NCBI GenBank assembly: GCA_964365185.1
Contig: CAYIOP010000002.1
Span: 2,684-66,683, forward strand
Length of the DNA stretch: 64,000 nt
Origin: an uncultured Candidatus Saccharibacteria bacterium
Lineage (GTDB): Bacteria > Patescibacteriota > Minisyncoccia > UBA6257 > 2-01-FULL-56-20
Reading direction: 5' to 3'
The position numbers and the translations under genes were made by a program. This document shows positions 62,037-64,000 of this stretch, piece by piece (the first letter of the stretch is position 1; each line of letters opens with the position of its first letter). A model generated the notes under the pieces. That model did no database searches. It worked only from the letters and a program-made list of their open reading frames with translations, and was not told the DNA's origin.

Positions 62037-63188
62037 ATGCCCAAAATAAACGCTAAAAAAATCAGTAAGATCCGTATGGCCGATCCCTGGATCACCCAGC
62101 ACGAAATTAACGTTGTAAACGAAGCCATGAAAACCGGCTGGAAAAGCTATCAATATGTGGAAAAATTTCAGCCCGCCTTCGCCCGCTATCACGGGCGGAA
62201 ATTTGGCATCATGACTCCTAATTGCACCAGTGCGTTGCACTTATTGCTTTTGTCTTTAGGCATCAAAAAAGGCGACGAAGTTATTTTGCCGGAATGTACT
62301 TGGACCGGCAGTTCGGCGCCGGTTACTTACGTCCAAGCCACTCCGATTCTTTGCGATATTGAGGAAAAAAATTGGTGTTTGGATCCTAAGTCCGTTGAGA
62401 AAAGAATCACTAAACGAACTAAAGCCATTATTGCCGTGGGTCTTTACGGCAATATGCCTAATATGGACGTCTTAACTAAAATCGCCAGAAAACATAAATT
62501 ATTTTTTATTGAAGATGCCGCTGAATCGCTCGGCTCAACCTATAAAGGCCAGAAATCCGGTTCTTTTGGCATCGCCTCTGTCTTTAGTTTTCATCGCACC
62601 AAAACTTTAACTACCGGCGAAGGCGGTATGTTGCTTTTAGACAATAAAAAAATCTATGATCGCGCTATGTTTCTGCGGGACCACGGCCGACACGCCACGA
62701 TTCCTTACTGGACCGTCGAGGCCGCGCCTAAATACATGCCTTTTAATATTCAAGCCGCTATCGGCTACGCTCAATTTCAAAGATTAGATGAATTAATTGC
62801 GCGTAAGCGGGAAATATTTTTTATGTATCGGAAACTTTTCGCCGATACTCCTGATGTTGAATTGAATGAAGAATCGAAAATTGTGAAAAACGGCGCTTGG
62901 GCGACTTCCTTAATTATCGGTCGTTCCTACTGCATGCCTAAACAGTTTATGATTGATGAATTAAAAAAGCGCGGCCTACCCGCCCGGCCATTTTTCTACC
63001 CACTCTCTTACTTGCCCGGCTATGCTCATTATAAAACTGGCAGTCGAAAATTAAATCCGGTTGCCTACGATGTTTCTTCTCGCGGCATCACTCTGCCCGC
63101 TTCTTTTGATTTAAATAAAGCTCAAATTGAATTTTATGTTCAAGCTGTTAAAGATATTCTTAAATCTCGCTCCAAGCAAAAAAAATGA
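62037..63188 (+). CDS. DegT/DnrJ PLP sugar aminotransferase (perosamine synthase-like)
   Basis: NCTSALHL, EDAAESLG, FSFHRTKTLTTGEGG, RPFFYPLS. Confidence 0.9.
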   Translation: MPKINAKKISKIRMADPWITQHEINVVNEAMKTGWKSYQYVEKFQPAFARYHGRKFGIMTPNCTSALHLLLLSLGIKKGDEVILPECTWTGSSAPVTYVQATPILCDIEEKNWCLDPKSVEKRITKRTKAIIAVGLYGNMPNMDVLTKIARKHKLFFIEDAAESLGSTYKGQKSGSFGIASVFSFHRTKTLTTGEGGMLLLDNKKIYDRAMFLRDHGRHATIPYWTVEAAPKYMPFNIQAAIGYAQFQRLDELIARKREIFFMYRKLFADTPDVELNEESKIVKNGAWATSLIIGRSYCMPKQFMIDELKKRGLPARPFFYPLSYLPGYAHYKTGSRKLNPVAYDVSSRGITLPASFDLNKAQIEFYVQAVKDILKSRSKQKK

Positions 63189-64000
63189 AGGTAAAATTCG
63201 TCGACCTATCCGAGCCCACTCAAGCTGTTAAAAAAGAATTTTTGAAACGCCTTGGCGCATTTCTGGATAAAGCCAATTTTATTCTCACGGATGAGGTCGC
63301 CGAGTTTGAAAAAGAGTGGGCCGTATATATAGGTACTGATTATGCGGTCGGCGTTTCAAATGGCGCCGACGCGCTTTGGCTCGCGTTGAAATCTTTGGGC
63401 ATTCAAGAAGGGGATGAGGTCATCACTCAAGGCAATGCTTATAACGCCTCCGCAACCGCTATTCTCCGCGCCGGAGCTGTTCCTCGTTACGCCGACATCA
63501 ATCCCAAAACTCTTCTTATCGACCCGTCTAAAATAGAACCCCTCATCAATTCTAAAACTAAAGCGATCATGTCCGTTCATCTCTATGGTCAGGCCTCAGA
63601 TATGAGCGCTATTTTGGCAATCGCTAAAAAGCATCAGCTTTTCGTTATCGAGGACTGCGCTCAAGCGCACGGCGCTACCTGGCAAGGCAAAAAAGTCGGG
63701 GCTTGGGGAGATGTCGCGGCCTGGAGTTTTTATCCCACTAAAAACCTCGGAGCTTTTGGCGATGCCGGCGCCATCACAACCTCAAACGCGCGGGTCAAAG
63801 AAGAAGTTCGAATCTTGCGCAATCTTGGCCAGACCTCAAAAAACAATCACACGCATTTGGGCTACAATATGCGTCTTGATCCCATCCAAGCCATCGCGCT
63901 TTCCCTTAAACTTTCTTATCTAGATGAAGCCATTAGAAAACGGCAGCTAGCCGCCTCTCTTTATAACGAACTTTTCGATCAAGCTAAACTTCCAGTTGAA
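63185..64000 (+). CDS. DegT/DnrJ PLP sugar aminotransferase (FdtB/QdtB-like), truncated by the window end
   Basis: Not in the ORF track; manual translation MKVKFVDL...VSNGADAL...VHLYGQ...EDCAQAHG...SFYPTKNLGAFGDAG. Confidence 0.92.
   Translation, partial: MKVKFVDLSEPTQAVKKEFLKRLGAFLDKANFILTDEVAEFEKEWAVYIGTDYAVGVSNGADALWLALKSLGIQEGDEVITQGNAYNASATAILRAGAVPRYADINPKTLLIDPSKIEPLINSKTKAIMSVHLYGQASDMSAILAIAKKHQLFVIEDCAQAHGATWQGKKVGAWGDVAAWSFYPTKNLGAFGDAGAITTSNARVKEEVRILRNLGQTSKNNHTHLGYNMRLDPIQAIALSLKLSYLDEAIRKRQLAASLYNELFDQAKLPVE

Overview
Chromosomal origin-of-replication region of a Patescibacteria/CPR bacterium, probably Parcubacteria-like (inferred from gene content; standard code). Left part (1-13.2 kb): beta-CASP RNase, Mur ligase, ruvA, yraN, yebC, ruvC, a class A PBP and the dnaN-dnaA / rpmH-rnpA-yidC-jag core. 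Middle (13.3-26.7 kb): a minus-strand CPR-type T4SS-like operon (Cys-rich pilin, VirB4, PrgI/VirB3, VirB6/TrbL-like) interrupted by a four-helix-bundle (IVP-like) cassette. Then rsmA, pcrA, a dockerin/Ig adhesin, comM, a DksA/TraR-like gene, oppA-like, secG, gpmI and rny. From 40.5 kb to the end: a large surface-glycan cluster (gmd, fcl/colC-like, colD-like, TPP-dependent E1 alpha/beta, GT10, C-methyltransferase, aminotransferases, a CysD-like/sulfatase-like block). The most unusual signals are non-coding: (i) two 126-bp elements with 13-bp terminal inverted repeats, each inserted exactly at a start codon that is duplicated; (ii) two further families of ~130-bp structured elements with conserved loops and covarying stems; (iii) four phased parS-like palindromes in front of yraN near oriC; (iv) heptamer repeats and REP-like palindromes inserted in frame in rsmA, pcrA and murE. 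No rRNA, tRNA, cas gene or transposase was recognised. All calls are by eye from motifs; no database search was run.
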